A stretch of DNA of 64,000 bases from Candidatus Multivorans sp. (lineage in GTDB: Bacteria > Acidobacteriota > Thermoanaerobaculia > Multivoradales > Multivoraceae): positions 320,001-384,000 of the forward strand of contig OZ245033.1 of assembly GCA_965224025.1 (NCBI GenBank), written 5' to 3'. The position numbers and the translations under genes were made by a program. The notes beneath the pieces were generated by a model, which was given only the letters and a program-made list of their open reading frames with translations, did not search any database and was not told the origin of the DNA. Positions 9,318-19,796 of this stretch are shown piece by piece (position 1 is the first letter of the stretch; every line of letters begins with the position of its first letter).

Positions 9318-10838
9318 CTAGCCGAGACTGGCTGCTCCGTCTTTCCCCAGCAGAGAGTCCCGCACGGCGCGCTTCTGCAGCTTGCCCGTGGCGTTCTTCG
9401 GAATCTCGTCCAGCACGAAGAGTCGTGCCGGAACCTTGAAGCGCGTGACGTAGCTCGCCAGGTGCCGCAGGAGATCCTGCTCGCTCGCCTGGACGTCGCC
9501 GCTGAGCGACACCGCCGCCCAGATGTTCTCGCCGAACCGAGAGTCCGGCACGCCGAAGACCACGGCTTCGGCAACGGCTTCGTGCTTGTAGAGCGCTTCC
9601 TCGATCTCGCGCGGCGAGATGTTCTCGCCGCCCTTGATGATCAGGTCCTTCTTGCGATCGGTCAGGTAGAGGTAGCCGTCCTCGTCGAGATAGCCGATGT
9701 CGCCCGAATGGAGCCAGCCGTCGACCAGCGTCTCTTCAGTGGCCCCCGGATTGCGCCAGTAGCCCGCCATCAGAGTCGGTCCGGAGAGCAGGATCTCGCC
9801 GCGCACGCCGGCGGGCACGTCGGCGCCTTCGTCGTCGACCACCCGAATCGACATGGCGGGCTGCGCGCGGCCGACGGAGCCGGGCCGAAAGGCATCTTCG
9901 TCGTAGTAGGCGGCGCCTGCCCCTCCCGACTCGGTCATGCCGTAGCCGTCCCGCACGCGGCACGAGAACACCTGCTCGAACTCGCGCCGCACCGGGTCAG
10001 GAAGGGGGGCGCCGCCGGTCCACACGCCATCGAGGCTCGATGTGTCGTAGCGGTCCCGTTCGGGGAACTCCAGCATGTAGGTCAGCATCGTGGGGACCAT
10101 GGAGAAACGAACCACCCGCAGGTGCTGAACGGCCTCGAAGACGCCGCGAGTATCCCAATGCACAAGAAGGCCCGCCTGCATGCCCTTGATGAATCCCAGG
10201 TTCATCATCAGAACCCCGAACGAATGCGACAGAGGGAGCACGTGCAGGGTCGGCATGAAGGGCGGCAGGTCGACCATCCTCGGGTGCGGAACGGACACGA
10301 CGCTCTCGTGAGTCAGCATCACGCCCTTCGGCTTGCCGGTGGTGCCGGAGGTGTAGAGGAGAAGCGCGAGATCGTCGCCTGACCGGTCCGTCATCTCCAC
10401 CAGGGGCTCGGCGCCGGCTACCTCCAGAGACAGGTCGATCGCCTCGTTCCCAGCCGGACCGCCGGCGGCGAAGAGCAACTGCAGCTCGGGGCAGGCCCGG
10501 CGGATCAACGGCACGAGTTCGCCGACGGTGATCACTGCACGGGCCCCGGAGTCCCGCAGCATGTGCTCAATCTCCGGGACCGTGAGTTGAGGCCTGAGCG
10601 GGAGGATGACGGCGCCGATCTTCCACACCGCCTGGAATGCCTCGAAGACTTCCGGGCCGTTGGGCATCACCACGGCAACGCGATCACCGGCCAGGACACC
10701 GCGATCCCGCAGCACCCTCGCCAGCCTGCGCGCCCGCGCGTCCAGTTCGACGTTCGAGATCGTCTCGCCCCGCCAATGGAGGATCGGGTATTCGCCGAAC
10801 TGCTCGATGTTGGCGAGGGCCAGATTGGCTGCATTCAA
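9318..10838 (-). CDS. Long-chain fatty-acid/acyl-CoA ligase (ANL superfamily)
   Basis: YTSGTTGKPKG, GYGMTE, GWLHSGD, DRKKDLIIKGGEN, TGKL. TTG start at 10838 follows GGAGG; the track's longer N-terminus is translated repeat DNA. Confidence 0.9.
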   Translation of the reverse strand: MNAANLALANIEQFGEYPILHWRGETISNVELDARARRLARVLRDRGVLAGDRVAVVMPNGPEVFEAFQAVWKIGAVILPLRPQLTVPEIEHMLRDSGARAVITVGELVPLIRRACPELQLLFAAGGPAGNEAIDLSLEVAGAEPLVEMTDRSGDDLALLLYTSGTTGKPKGVMLTHESVVSVPHPRMVDLPPFMPTLHVLPLSHSFGVLMMNLGFIKGMQAGLLVHWDTRGVFEAVQHLRVVRFSMVPTMLTYMLEFPERDRYDTSSLDGVWTGGAPLPDPVRREFEQVFSCRVRDGYGMTESGGAGAAYYDEDAFRPGSVGRAQPAMSIRVVDDEGADVPAGVRGEILLSGPTLMAGYWRNPGATEETLVDGWLHSGDIGYLDEDGYLYLTDRKKDLIIKGGENISPREIEEALYKHEAVAEAVVFGVPDSRFGENIWAAVSLSGDVQASEQDLLRHLASYVTRFKVPARLFVLDEIPKNATGKLQKRAVRDSLLGKDGAASLG

Positions 10839-10965
10839 GTCGACGGTCCTCCGTGCTGATCGACTATCGCCCAGCCCATTCTCACCTACGCCGTATCGGA
10901 GCAACGATCCAGCGCCCGAGACAGCGCCGTTTGGCGTCAGCCGCCGAACTGAACCACCCGGGCTC

Positions 10966-11069
10966 CGCGCCGGATGCGGGCAGGATGCCCGCGTGCCATC
11001 CGCGCCCCCGGCGACGGGCGCGCGGAGTGGTTCTCGGGCGGTGCGAATCGCGCCACACCGGGTTCCCAG
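10966..11069 (+). repeat. REP-like repeat interrupted by a 69-bp two-hairpin element (10995-11063)
   Basis: CGCCGGATGCGGGCAGGATGCCCGCGT|insert|TCCCAG. Removing the insert gives the intact copy seen at 33101-33133. Confidence 0.75.
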
Positions 11070-11103
11070 CCGCTGCGGTAGTGTGCCGCCGGGAGGGCAG
11101 TCC

Positions 11104-13890
11104 ATGGAGAAGCGCCTTCGCTGGTTGGGGTTGACTTCGGCGATCGTGCTGGCGACAGTGCTGGTCTGGCGCCCGGCGCAAGTTCAGGAAACGACACGCC
11201 CGCTGCTCTCTTCCGGCAACGCTCCGGCGCCCGAGCCACGGGTGTTTCCGCCTCTGCGTTCCGAACAGAGCCCGGAAGACAGGCACTTCGATGCTCCGGG
11301 GCGCAATCCCGGATCGGCCGCGCACCCCATGGCGCCGGGGAGGGTGCGCAGCGACGCACCGGCGTGGCACGAACTCAACCACGTCGATCCGCCGTTGCCC
11401 TCCTGGGCCGGTCCGCTGCTCCATCCCCGGCAGACCGATCCCGAACCTCCGGTGGACTCGAGGTTCCACGACCCGATCCGTCTGTCCGACGACTTCCGCA
11501 ACGACGACTACCCGTTCATCCTCTCCGACCCCGACGACCGCGACGATGTTTGGATGGTCTGGACCAGCTACTCGGGCCGTCGGGACCGGCTCCAACTGGC
11601 TCGCCGCGACCCGGCCACAGGCACGTGGGGGCCGTGGAACCCGGTTCCCGGCGTCAACGGAGACGTCTGGCGCCCCAGCCTTGCCTTCGACGCGCACAAG
11701 CGGCTATGGGTCGTATGGGCACAGCCGCAACGGCTGTTCGAGGACGAGCCGAACTTCGACCTCTACGGACGCTGGTTCGACGGCGAACGCTGGGGCCGCC
11801 TGGTGCGGCTGACATCGGCGCCCGGAACCGACTTCAACCATCGCCTGCTCGGCGCGTCGGACGGCTCGCTGCACCTGGTCTGGCAGGGGTTTCGCCAGGG
11901 ACAGACCGACATCCTCTACATGAGCTACGACGGCGACTCGTGGTCGAGCGAACGCCGGATATCCGAGAGCCCGCGCAATGACTGGACTCCGGCCCTGGCG
12001 CTCGACTCGGAGGGCGCCGTGTGGATCGCCTGGGACAGCTACGACCGCGGCGACTACGACGTCTTCGCCCGCCGTCTGCGTCGAGGCCGCCTCGGACCGG
12101 TACGAACGATCGCGGCGACGCCCTTCTTCGAGGCGAGGCCGACCGTCGCAGTCGATGGCGCTGATCGTGTCTGGATCGCCTACGAGGTCGGCGAGGCCGG
12201 TTGGGGCAAGGACCAGGGCCTCCTGGTCGACCGCGAGCGCCAGCCGGGCTCGATGCTCAACCGGGAGCGCACGGTCGCGGTCCGCATCCTCGACGGCGGA
12301 GAAATCACCGCCGCCGCCGCGGAACTCGGCACGCTCTTCCCGGGGCGCAAGCGACTGCACTACACGAAGACGCCCAATCCCTCCCTCAGCAACCCGGAGC
12401 TGGCCGTCGACGACCGGGGGCGGGTCAGCCTTCTGGTGCGGGCGATGGAGAGTTCCGGCGCCTACGCCCAATACTGGCGGCTCTACGTCACGACGATGGA
12501 AGAAGGCGGCTGGAGCGCCCCCGCCGCGGTGCCTTGGAGCGTCGGCCGCCTCTCGATGTCGGCCTCGGCGACGCCCTCGGCCGACGGCGGCTTGTGGCTC
12601 GGCTGGGCGCGCGACAACTATCCCACCTTCTCGGCCATGCTGACGCTCCCCGAGGAAACCGTGGTCGAGAACGTCTACGCGGCGAGATGGGAGCCAACGA
12701 GCGGGCCCGGCCTGAAGGCGGTATCGCCGCGGCCGCCGCCCTTCCCCGAGCGGCCCGCGGGCCACGAACGGGAGGACGAGGACGTCGCGCGCATCCGCGC
12801 CTGGAGAACCCGGGTCGACGGCGAGGATTTGCAGATCCTGCGCGGCGACACCCATCGCCACACTGAGCTGTCACCGGATCTCCGCGGCGTTCCGGACGGG
12901 TCCGTCATGGACTTCTACCGCTACATGATCGACGCGGCGGCGATGGACTTCGGGCTCATCAGCGACCACCAGTACGGCGGCGAACTCGAGTACTGGTGGT
13001 GGCTGGAAGAGAAACTGGCCGATCTCTTCCACGCGCCGCAGAGCTACGTCGCGCTGTTCGGCTATGAACGTTCGATCAACTTCCCGATGGGGCACCGCAA
13101 CGTCCTCCACGCCGACCGCGGCCACATGCCGGTGCCTTTCTTCCAGAAGACGGGCTACGTCGAGTACCCGAACATCCGCTACCACAACGGCGCCGGCATC
13201 GTTCAGGACGACGACACGAAGATGCTCTACGAGGAGGTGCGACGTTCGGGGGGCATCACCATCCCCCACACCAGCGCCACCACCATGGGCACCGATTGGC
13301 GCGACAACGATCCCGAGATCGAGCCAGTCGTCGAGATCTTTCAGGGCGACCGGTACAGCTACGAGGCTCCCGGCGCCCCGCTGACCGACAGCGGCGCCTC
13401 GATCCAGTCGGAACTCACGCGCCCGCACGACCAGGGCTTCGTGTCCAACGCCTGGGAGAAGGGCTACCGGCTCGGCGTCATCGCCAGCTCCGACCACCTG
13501 TCGACCCACATCTCCTACGCGATGGTGTTCGTGAACGAGCGGTCGCGCCACGCCGTCCTCGACGCGATGCGCCAGCGACGAACCTACGGCGCCACCGACA
13601 ACATCGTGCTCGAGTTCTGGATGGGCGAGCACTTCATGGGGGCCGAGTTGAGGGGAGTGGACGAAGTGCCCGAAATGAGGATCGTCGCGGTGGGCACGAG
13701 ACCCTTCTCGATCGTCGAGATTCTCCGGAACGGAACAACGCTCTACCAGAACGACCCGGACGGCGCCGAGATCGATCTCCGCTACGCAGACCTCGCACCC
13801 GAGCCGGGACGAAACACCTACTATGCTCGGCTCATTCAGGAAGACGGTCAGATGGCCTGGAGTTCGCCGATCTGGGTTGAGATCGACTAG
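11104..13890 (+). CDS. Secreted protein with beta-propeller-like N-terminal repeats and C-terminal DUF3604/PHP-like metallohydrolase domain
   Basis: ATG at 11104 after GGAGGG; GDTHRHTE, SDH, GYE, GHRNV, IPH, VEIFQG, SSDH, YYARLIQEDGQMAWSSPIWV. Confidence 0.75.
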   Translation: MEKRLRWLGLTSAIVLATVLVWRPAQVQETTRPLLSSGNAPAPEPRVFPPLRSEQSPEDRHFDAPGRNPGSAAHPMAPGRVRSDAPAWHELNHVDPPLPSWAGPLLHPRQTDPEPPVDSRFHDPIRLSDDFRNDDYPFILSDPDDRDDVWMVWTSYSGRRDRLQLARRDPATGTWGPWNPVPGVNGDVWRPSLAFDAHKRLWVVWAQPQRLFEDEPNFDLYGRWFDGERWGRLVRLTSAPGTDFNHRLLGASDGSLHLVWQGFRQGQTDILYMSYDGDSWSSERRISESPRNDWTPALALDSEGAVWIAWDSYDRGDYDVFARRLRRGRLGPVRTIAATPFFEARPTVAVDGADRVWIAYEVGEAGWGKDQGLLVDRERQPGSMLNRERTVAVRILDGGEITAAAAELGTLFPGRKRLHYTKTPNPSLSNPELAVDDRGRVSLLVRAMESSGAYAQYWRLYVTTMEEGGWSAPAAVPWSVGRLSMSASATPSADGGLWLGWARDNYPTFSAMLTLPEETVVENVYAARWEPTSGPGLKAVSPRPPPFPERPAGHEREDEDVARIRAWRTRVDGEDLQILRGDTHRHTELSPDLRGVPDGSVMDFYRYMIDAAAMDFGLISDHQYGGELEYWWWLEEKLADLFHAPQSYVALFGYERSINFPMGHRNVLHADRGHMPVPFFQKTGYVEYPNIRYHNGAGIVQDDDTKMLYEEVRRSGGITIPHTSATTMGTDWRDNDPEIEPVVEIFQGDRYSYEAPGAPLTDSGASIQSELTRPHDQGFVSNAWEKGYRLGVIASSDHLSTHISYAMVFVNERSRHAVLDAMRQRRTYGATDNIVLEFWMGEHFMGAELRGVDEVPEMRIVAVGTRPFSIVEILRNGTTLYQNDPDGAEIDLRYADLAPEPGRNTYYARLIQEDGQMAWSSPIWVEID

Positions 13891-13940
13891 CGAGCCGTCG
13901 GCCAATCACGGAGTCCGCGGGGCGGCAGGAAGGAGCGGCC

Positions 13941-14750
13941 ATGGATCTCAAGGACATGACCTGGCAGCGCGACGGTGGCGTGGTCACTCTGACCATGAAC
14001 CGCCCGGAGAAGCTCAACGCCCAGTCGATGGACATGATGGATTCGTTGATCGCGGCCTTCGAGGAGATCGAGCGCGACGACGACATCAAGTGCGCGATCT
14101 GGACCGGCGCCGGCCGGGGTTGGTCGTCGGGGCGCGACTTCTCGGACCCGAAGCTCGCCGGAGTGGCGCCCTACGGCCCCGAGTTCCCCCGCGGTACCCG
14201 TCTGCTGCCGCTGTCTCTCGGCGGGCGCCTGCAGTACGCCCTCTGGCGCTGTCGCAAGCCGATCATCGCCGCGGTCAACGGGCACATGCTGGGCGGCGCC
14301 TTCTCGGCCGGGCTCATGACGGACTTCCGGATCGCTTCGGACCGCGCAAAGTTCGGCGCCCTCTTCGTCAAGCGCGGCCGGGTGCCCGACAACGGCGGCG
14401 TCTACATGCTGGTCAAGATCATGGGGTTGGGACCGGCGCTCGAGTTCATGTACTCCGGCGAGATCATCGACGCGCACCGGGCTGTCGAACTCGGTCTGGC
14501 GAACCGGGTCGTTCCCCATGACGAGCTGATGCCGACCTGCATGGAGATTGCCCGGAGCATCGCGAGCGGACCGTCGCTCGCGATCGAGTTCATGAAGAAG
14601 ATGGCCTACCGCACCTTCGAGGGCGACAGCATGGAGAGCCTGACCGCCTACGAGGCGTTCGCCCAGAGCGTCTGCGAGGCGAGCGAAGACGGCGAGGAGG
14701 GCGTGCGCTCCTTCGCCGAGAGGCGGGAACCGGTGTTCACGGGGCGTTGA
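13941..14750 (+). CDS. Enoyl-CoA hydratase/isomerase (crotonase) family protein
   Basis: TMNRPEKLNA, TGAGRGWSSGRD, KPIIAAVNG, EGVRSFAERREPVFTGR. Confidence 0.92.
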   Translation: MDLKDMTWQRDGGVVTLTMNRPEKLNAQSMDMMDSLIAAFEEIERDDDIKCAIWTGAGRGWSSGRDFSDPKLAGVAPYGPEFPRGTRLLPLSLGGRLQYALWRCRKPIIAAVNGHMLGGAFSAGLMTDFRIASDRAKFGALFVKRGRVPDNGGVYMLVKIMGLGPALEFMYSGEIIDAHRAVELGLANRVVPHDELMPTCMEIARSIASGPSLAIEFMKKMAYRTFEGDSMESLTAYEAFAQSVCEASEDGEEGVRSFAERREPVFTGR

Positions 14751-14753
14751 CCC

Positions 14754-15716
14754 TCACTGCTGGTAGTTCAGGCGCAGGCCCGGCCGCGGCCAGTCGGCCG
14801 CAACCAGGGCGCCGATCCCCGACAACGTGATGTAGGCGGTCCTGAGGTCGCCTCCGCCAAAGCAGATGTTCGTGGTCAGTGGATCGGGAGCGGACACGCG
14901 ATCGACGATCTCGCCCTCGGGCGAAACGACGGTGATGCAACCGGTGATCAGGGTGCCGAGACAGATGTTGCCGCCCGCCTCGACCGCCAGGGAGTCCCAG
15001 AGCCCGAGGCCGGGCGGGTCGACGACCAGGCGGCCGCTGATGGGCAGGACCGTCGTGTCCTGGACCACGGATCCGGGTGACGGAATCGGCCAGCTCCACA
15101 GCCGCGTCGGATAGGTCTCGGCGACGTAGAGCAGGTCGCCGTCAGGCCCGAGCCCGATGCCGTTCGGCCCGTCGAGCGGAAAGATGACCTCCTCGATGAG
15201 CGAGCCGTCCGCCCTGGCGTAGAAGACGCCGGTGCGGTCGCGGTCCCGCTCCCGGGTCTGGCCGTGGTCCGTGAACCAGAAGCCGCCGCGGTCGTCGAAG
15301 ACGATGTCGTTCGGCGCCCGTAGCGGCCTGCCGTCGCACTCGGTGTAGAGATCCTCGACCTTGCCGGTGTGGATGTCGACCCGCTGGATGCGGCCCCCGA
15401 TGTAGTCCGAATGCTGGAGCCCGGGGACGTGCAACTCGCCGCCAGGAAAACCGGCGATGGGCAGCGGCCCGACGTTCAAGCGCTGGTAGTCAAAGCCGCC
15501 GTTGTTGCACACGTAGACGCTGCCGTCGGGCCCGAAGGCGGCTCCGTTCGGCCCGCCGCCGCACCGCGCCAGGACCTGGTGACGGCCGTTCGCCTTGACC
15601 CGCTTGAGGTTTCCACCGGCTATCTCCACGACGATGACGCTGCCGTCATCCATGGCGATCGGCCCTTCCGGGAAATCCAGACCGGTCGTGATCTCGCGCA
15701 GGACCGGCATGCTCAC
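14754..15716 (-). CDS. SMP-30/gluconolactonase/LRE family protein
   Basis: GLDFPEGP, GGPNG, PNDIVFD, PNGIGL, TTNICFGG. Start may be the ATG at 15710. Confidence 0.9.
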   Translation of the reverse strand: MSMPVLREITTGLDFPEGPIAMDDGSVIVVEIAGGNLKRVKANGRHQVLARCGGGPNGAAFGPDGSVYVCNNGGFDYQRLNVGPLPIAGFPGGELHVPGLQHSDYIGGRIQRVDIHTGKVEDLYTECDGRPLRAPNDIVFDDRGGFWFTDHGQTRERDRDRTGVFYARADGSLIEEVIFPLDGPNGIGLGPDGDLLYVAETYPTRLWSWPIPSPGSVVQDTTVLPISGRLVVDPPGLGLWDSLAVEAGGNICLGTLITGCITVVSPEGEIVDRVSAPDPLTTNICFGGGDLRTAYITLSGIGALVAADWPRPGLRLNYQQ

Positions 15717-15722
15717 TTGTGC

Positions 15723-17198
15723 TCAGACGGTCGCATCGAAGGTCTCCGTCACACCCAGCCATGGAAGGAAGACATCGATCGGCCCCCTGTTGACCGGGGT
15801 CCACAAGGGTTCCTTCATTCCCGCCTCCCAGCCTCGGTAGAGCTCCAGGAGGGCTTCGACGCGCGCCGGTTCGCGGCGAGAAAGGTCCTCGACCTCGCCC
15901 GGTGAAGTCCGTAGATCGAAGAGGAAGAGGTGGCGCTCGTTGACGCTCACCAGTTTCCATGGACCACTTCGCACCGCGAAGTTCTCGGCGTTGCGCCAGA
16001 ACAGCGGCCTTGTCGCAGGCGGCTCGGCGGCTGTCAGCAGGCCTGTCAGGTCGACGCCATCGAGCGTCAAGCTACCCGGCGGAGAAATACCCGCAAGCCG
16101 GAGCACCGTGGGCAGGATGTCGAGAGAGCTCACCGGTGTCGACTCGACTCTTCCAGCCTCGATCCGGCCGGGCCACGAGGCCAGGAACGGCACCCGCACG
16201 CCGCCCTCGAAGTGCAACAGCTTGCCGCCCAGAAACGGATCGTTGGAACAGGCCTCCACATAGGTGGCGCAGCCATTGTCCGACAGGAAGAGCACCAGGG
16301 TGCGTTCCTCCACCCCGGTCGAGCGCAGCTTGGACATGATCGCGCCGACGCCGTCATCGAGGGCGCCGACCATGGCCGCGAAGACGCGCTTGCGCTCGTC
16401 GCCGATCTCGGGGAAGCGGTCGTAGTACTCGTCCGTCACCTGCAGAGGCGTGTGCGGCGCGTTGTACGCGACGTAGAGGAAGAACGGCCCGCCCTGGTGG
16501 CGGTCAATGAAATCGACCGCCTCCCGGGTGAAGGCGTCGGTTAAGTACTCCGTCTCCTGGACCGGCTCGCCGCCGCGCTGAATGGGGTTGATCCCGGGTC
16601 GATGCCGGAATTCGTGAGGTCGGCGGCCACCGGCGATCGACGCTGAGGCGACGGTGCGGACGCCCGGCTGATCCGCGGGGTCCATGTAGAGGTTGCCACC
16701 ATGCAGAAAACCGAAGAACTCGTCGAAGCCGCGTTGCCGCGGCTGAAACCGCGGTTGCGAGCCGAGGTGCCACTTTCCCACCATGCCGGTGGCGTAGCCG
16801 GCGCTCTTGAGCAGCTCCGGCAGCATGACCTCGGAAGTCGGCGCGCCGAGTCCCGCGTCCTCGACGCGTTGCATGGAGCCGGCGCCGAACTCGTGGCCGA
16901 AACGCTGCTGATAGCGACCGGTGAGCAAACCGGCTCGAGTCGGGCTGCACAGCGGAGCGCTGACGTAGCCGTCGGTGAAGCGAATGCCCGCGGCCGCCAG
17001 CGCGTCCATATGGGGCGTGCGCCCGTTCTCGCAACCGTAGGAACAGACATCGCCATAGCCGAGATCGTCAGCGACGATGAGCACGACGTTGGGTGGCGAC
17101 GGAGGGTCAACCGGCGAAGGCGCTCCATCCCCCCTCTCGCAGGCCGCAAACAGGACCGCGAGAGACAGCAGACAGATCCCCGAACCCGCGCCCTTCAT
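15723..17198 (-). CDS. Cys-type formylglycine-dependent sulfatase, lipoprotein
   Basis: PNVVLIVADDLG, CSPTRAGLLTGRY, GKWHLG, SDNG. ATG at 17198 overlaps the upstream stop (ATGA). Lipobox FAAC. Confidence 0.9.
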   Translation of the reverse strand: MKGAGSGICLLSLAVLFAACERGDGAPSPVDPPSPPNVVLIVADDLGYGDVCSYGCENGRTPHMDALAAAGIRFTDGYVSAPLCSPTRAGLLTGRYQQRFGHEFGAGSMQRVEDAGLGAPTSEVMLPELLKSAGYATGMVGKWHLGSQPRFQPRQRGFDEFFGFLHGGNLYMDPADQPGVRTVASASIAGGRRPHEFRHRPGINPIQRGGEPVQETEYLTDAFTREAVDFIDRHQGGPFFLYVAYNAPHTPLQVTDEYYDRFPEIGDERKRVFAAMVGALDDGVGAIMSKLRSTGVEERTLVLFLSDNGCATYVEACSNDPFLGGKLLHFEGGVRVPFLASWPGRIEAGRVESTPVSSLDILPTVLRLAGISPPGSLTLDGVDLTGLLTAAEPPATRPLFWRNAENFAVRSGPWKLVSVNERHLFLFDLRTSPGEVEDLSRREPARVEALLELYRGWEAGMKEPLWTPVNRGPIDVFLPWLGVTETFDATV

Positions 17199-18949
17199 TG
17201 CCCCGGTCCACCCGGCGCCTTTTCGAGCTCGTCCAGCAGGGACCCCCGCAGCCGGAACTTCTGGATCTTGTTGGTCGGGGTCCTGGGCAGATCGTCCAGC
17301 AACCGAACGTGACCGGGCCGCATGTGGCGGGGCAGGTTCCGGTGCAGCCACTCTTTGAACTCTTCCGCGCCGACCTCGGCGCCGGGCCTCATCACGGCGA
17401 ACACCGCAACCTCCTCCTCGTCACCCTCGCTGGCCGGCACTCCCACGGCCGCGCAAAGGCGGACATCGGGATGCTCGCCGACCAGTTCCTCGACTTCGTA
17501 CGAGGAGATGTTCTCGCCCTTGCTGCGGATGAAGTTCCCCATGCGGTCCGCGAAATAGAGCAGCCCGTCGCCATCCATGACCGCGGCGTCACCCGTGTGG
17601 AGCCAGCCGTTCGCGAGGAGTTCAGCGGTGGCTTCCGGCCGGCCCCAGTAGCCCGCGGTAAAGAGGTCGGGCAGCCGTCCTCGGAACGCGAGCTGGCCAT
17701 ACCGTTCCGGCGGCAATGCCTCGTCGTCGGGACCGAGGATCCCGGCTTCAACGAACACGCTGGGCGCGCCCATCAGACCCTTGCGGATCTTGCGGTCGCC
17801 CCGGTAGATCGGGTACCCCGAGCGGCGCGCGAACTCGAGCATCTCCTCCTTGGGGCGGCCGCGATACAGGTCCGGTGGCGTTCCGCCGCCGTCCGGGAAT
17901 TGGTCGATCAGGGCGAGGGCGCCGAGTCCCGTCTCCGTCTGGCCGTAGGCGGTCGCGCAGATGTCCAGGCCGAAGCGTCGGGCCAGACCGTGGTGGCTCT
18001 CGGGCAGCGGCGTCAGGTTGACGCAGCGGAGGGTGTTTCGCGCGTCGTCCGCCCTCTCGGCAGCCGCGACCAGCCTTGAGATCATGACGTCGATCAGGAT
18101 CGCCGTCGTGGCGCCCCGGCGGGCGATCCGCCGCCAGTAGTCGCGGGCGCTGAAGCGGTCCCACATCGCCACCTCGCACCCCACCCAGGCGGCGCGTACG
18201 ACATTGCTGATCGCGCCCGCGGCGTGGTACAGCGGCAGATCGTTGTAGACCACGTCGTCGCGGTCGATCAGGCAGCGGGGAGCGTAGCTGAACTGGTTCA
18301 TCCAGCGATGGGACTGGAGCACTCCCTTGCTCGGCCCCGTGGTACCCGACGTGTAGAGGATGTTCGCTAGGTCGGCCGGCTCCTGCGGTGCGCGCGAACC
18401 GTCACCGCCGGCCTCCAGCAACTCGGCGAAGTCGCCGACGGTCCGGCAGCCCTCGGCTGTAGCGCCCGACACGGCCGGATCGAAGTCGTGGTCGTCCCGA
18501 GCCGGTCGATGGACCACGAGATCCGGCTCAGCCAGAACGTCGGCGGCGGCCGCCAACCGGGGCAGCAGGCTCTCCTCGCTGATCACGAGCCGGGGCTGCA
18601 GGTCGCGCAGTTGATGCCCCAGAAGGCGGCCGGTCAGGCTGTAGTTGATCGGACAGTAAACGGCGCCGAGGCGCCACAGGGAGAACATCGACAGCGCGCA
18701 AACGAGAGGGTTGGTCAGGAACAGGGCGACCCGGTCCCCGGCCCCGACTCCGAGCCGGCGCAGCCCGCCGGCGATTCCTGAACACAGGCGCTCCATCTCG
18801 ACGAACGAGATCGAGCGGTCCTCCTCGCCGTAGTAGATGAAGGTCCGATCGCCCCGGCTGGCCGCCCACTCCTCGAGCCGGTCGAGGACGAGATCGCCGT
18901 CGCGGGCGAGTTCAGCCTCCAGGCGTCCGACGTCTTCAGGCGAAGTCAT
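17195..18949 (-). CDS. AMP-dependent CoA ligase (CaiC/bile-acid-CoA-ligase-like)
   Basis: YTSGTTGPSKG, AYGQTE, GWLHTGD, GENISSYEVE, PRTPTNKIQK. Confidence 0.88.
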   Translation of the reverse strand: MTSPEDVGRLEAELARDGDLVLDRLEEWAASRGDRTFIYYGEEDRSISFVEMERLCSGIAGGLRRLGVGAGDRVALFLTNPLVCALSMFSLWRLGAVYCPINYSLTGRLLGHQLRDLQPRLVISEESLLPRLAAAADVLAEPDLVVHRPARDDHDFDPAVSGATAEGCRTVGDFAELLEAGGDGSRAPQEPADLANILYTSGTTGPSKGVLQSHRWMNQFSYAPRCLIDRDDVVYNDLPLYHAAGAISNVVRAAWVGCEVAMWDRFSARDYWRRIARRGATTAILIDVMISRLVAAAERADDARNTLRCVNLTPLPESHHGLARRFGLDICATAYGQTETGLGALALIDQFPDGGGTPPDLYRGRPKEEMLEFARRSGYPIYRGDRKIRKGLMGAPSVFVEAGILGPDDEALPPERYGQLAFRGRLPDLFTAGYWGRPEATAELLANGWLHTGDAAVMDGDGLLYFADRMGNFIRSKGENISSYEVEELVGEHPDVRLCAAVGVPASEGDEEEVAVFAVMRPGAEVGAEEFKEWLHRNLPRHMRPGHVRLLDDLPRTPTNKIQKFRLRGSLLDELEKAPGGPGQ

Positions 18950-19796
18950 CTTCGATCAACGCCCGCCCCTGAGTGAGCACCGGCAACTCCCCGGTGGAAG
19001 CGGTGAACAGCACCTCTCCGCCGCCGGCCCGCCATGCCTCGATGGTCAACGTGTCACCCGGCACGACCGGCGCTGAGAACCGGACCTCGATCTCGGTCAA
19101 CCGCTCCGGGTTGCCGTCGCAGAACTCCCGAACGAGGGCGACCGCCGCGTAGCCGAGGGTCGCCGGACCCTGCAGGACGGGCCGCTCGAAACCGCGGCTG
19201 CGCGCGAACTCCTCTTCGACGTGGATCGGATCGGCGACGCCGTTGAGTTGGTAGAGAAGCGCCTGGGTTTCGGGAACCGCCGCGGACCAGCGCAGATCCG
19301 GCGGTCGATCCGGCGCTCGACGCTTCGGCGGCGACGCGAGTCCCGGATCGCCCCCGAATCCGCCCGACCCGAGCAGCGCGGAGCTGGCGATCAGCTCGAA
19401 GACCAGGTCGCCTTCGTCGCCCCGGCCCTCGACCCGGGTTCGCATGATCGCGAGCGACCCCTTGTCCCAGATGTCGGTGACCTCCGCCGACACGTGCAAT
19501 CGGCCGGAGGCCGCCAGCGGGCGACGCATGCGCAGGTGCTCGCCGGCCTCGACGCGATGGTAGTTCCGCACCAGGTCCTCAAAGTGCGGGCTCAGCGAGT
19601 GCATGGCGACCAGGCAGAACGTCGGCAGGACGCGCAGCCCTCCATTCGGATCCTCGGCGAACCGGGCGAGGTCCCCGGCGCCCGCGCCCACGCTCAGCGC
19701 GTAGAGACCGACATCCCGCTGGTCGTAGGCGAACACCTGGGGGCCGGCCCGGCGACCGATGTCGGCGAGATCGGCCTTGGGAGGCCTCGCCGCCAT
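18936..19796 (-). CDS. MaoC/hydratase-2 double hot-dog protein with altered catalytic motif
   Basis: ATG at 19796 (TGATG overlap); LYALSVG, VLPTF, GGFGG. Motif reads LYQLNGVADPIH instead of LYRLSGDxNPLH. Confidence 0.8.
   Translation of the reverse strand: MAARPPKADLADIGRRAGPQVFAYDQRDVGLYALSVGAGAGDLARFAEDPNGGLRVLPTFCLVAMHSLSPHFEDLVRNYHRVEAGEHLRMRRPLAASGRLHVSAEVTDIWDKGSLAIMRTRVEGRGDEGDLVFELIASSALLGSGGFGGDPGLASPPKRRAPDRPPDLRWSAAVPETQALLYQLNGVADPIHVEEEFARSRGFERPVLQGPATLGYAAVALVREFCDGNPERLTEIEVRFSAPVVPGDTLTIEAWRAGGGEVLFTASTGELPVLTQGRALIEDDFA

Noticed and set aside
10606-11103. N-terminal extensions in the ORF track (10606, 11105, 33340, 36271, 17351, 20009, 47329)
   Set aside because: They run through repeats or neighbouring genes. 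Downstream starts with an RBS, stop-start coupling or signal peptides fit better.
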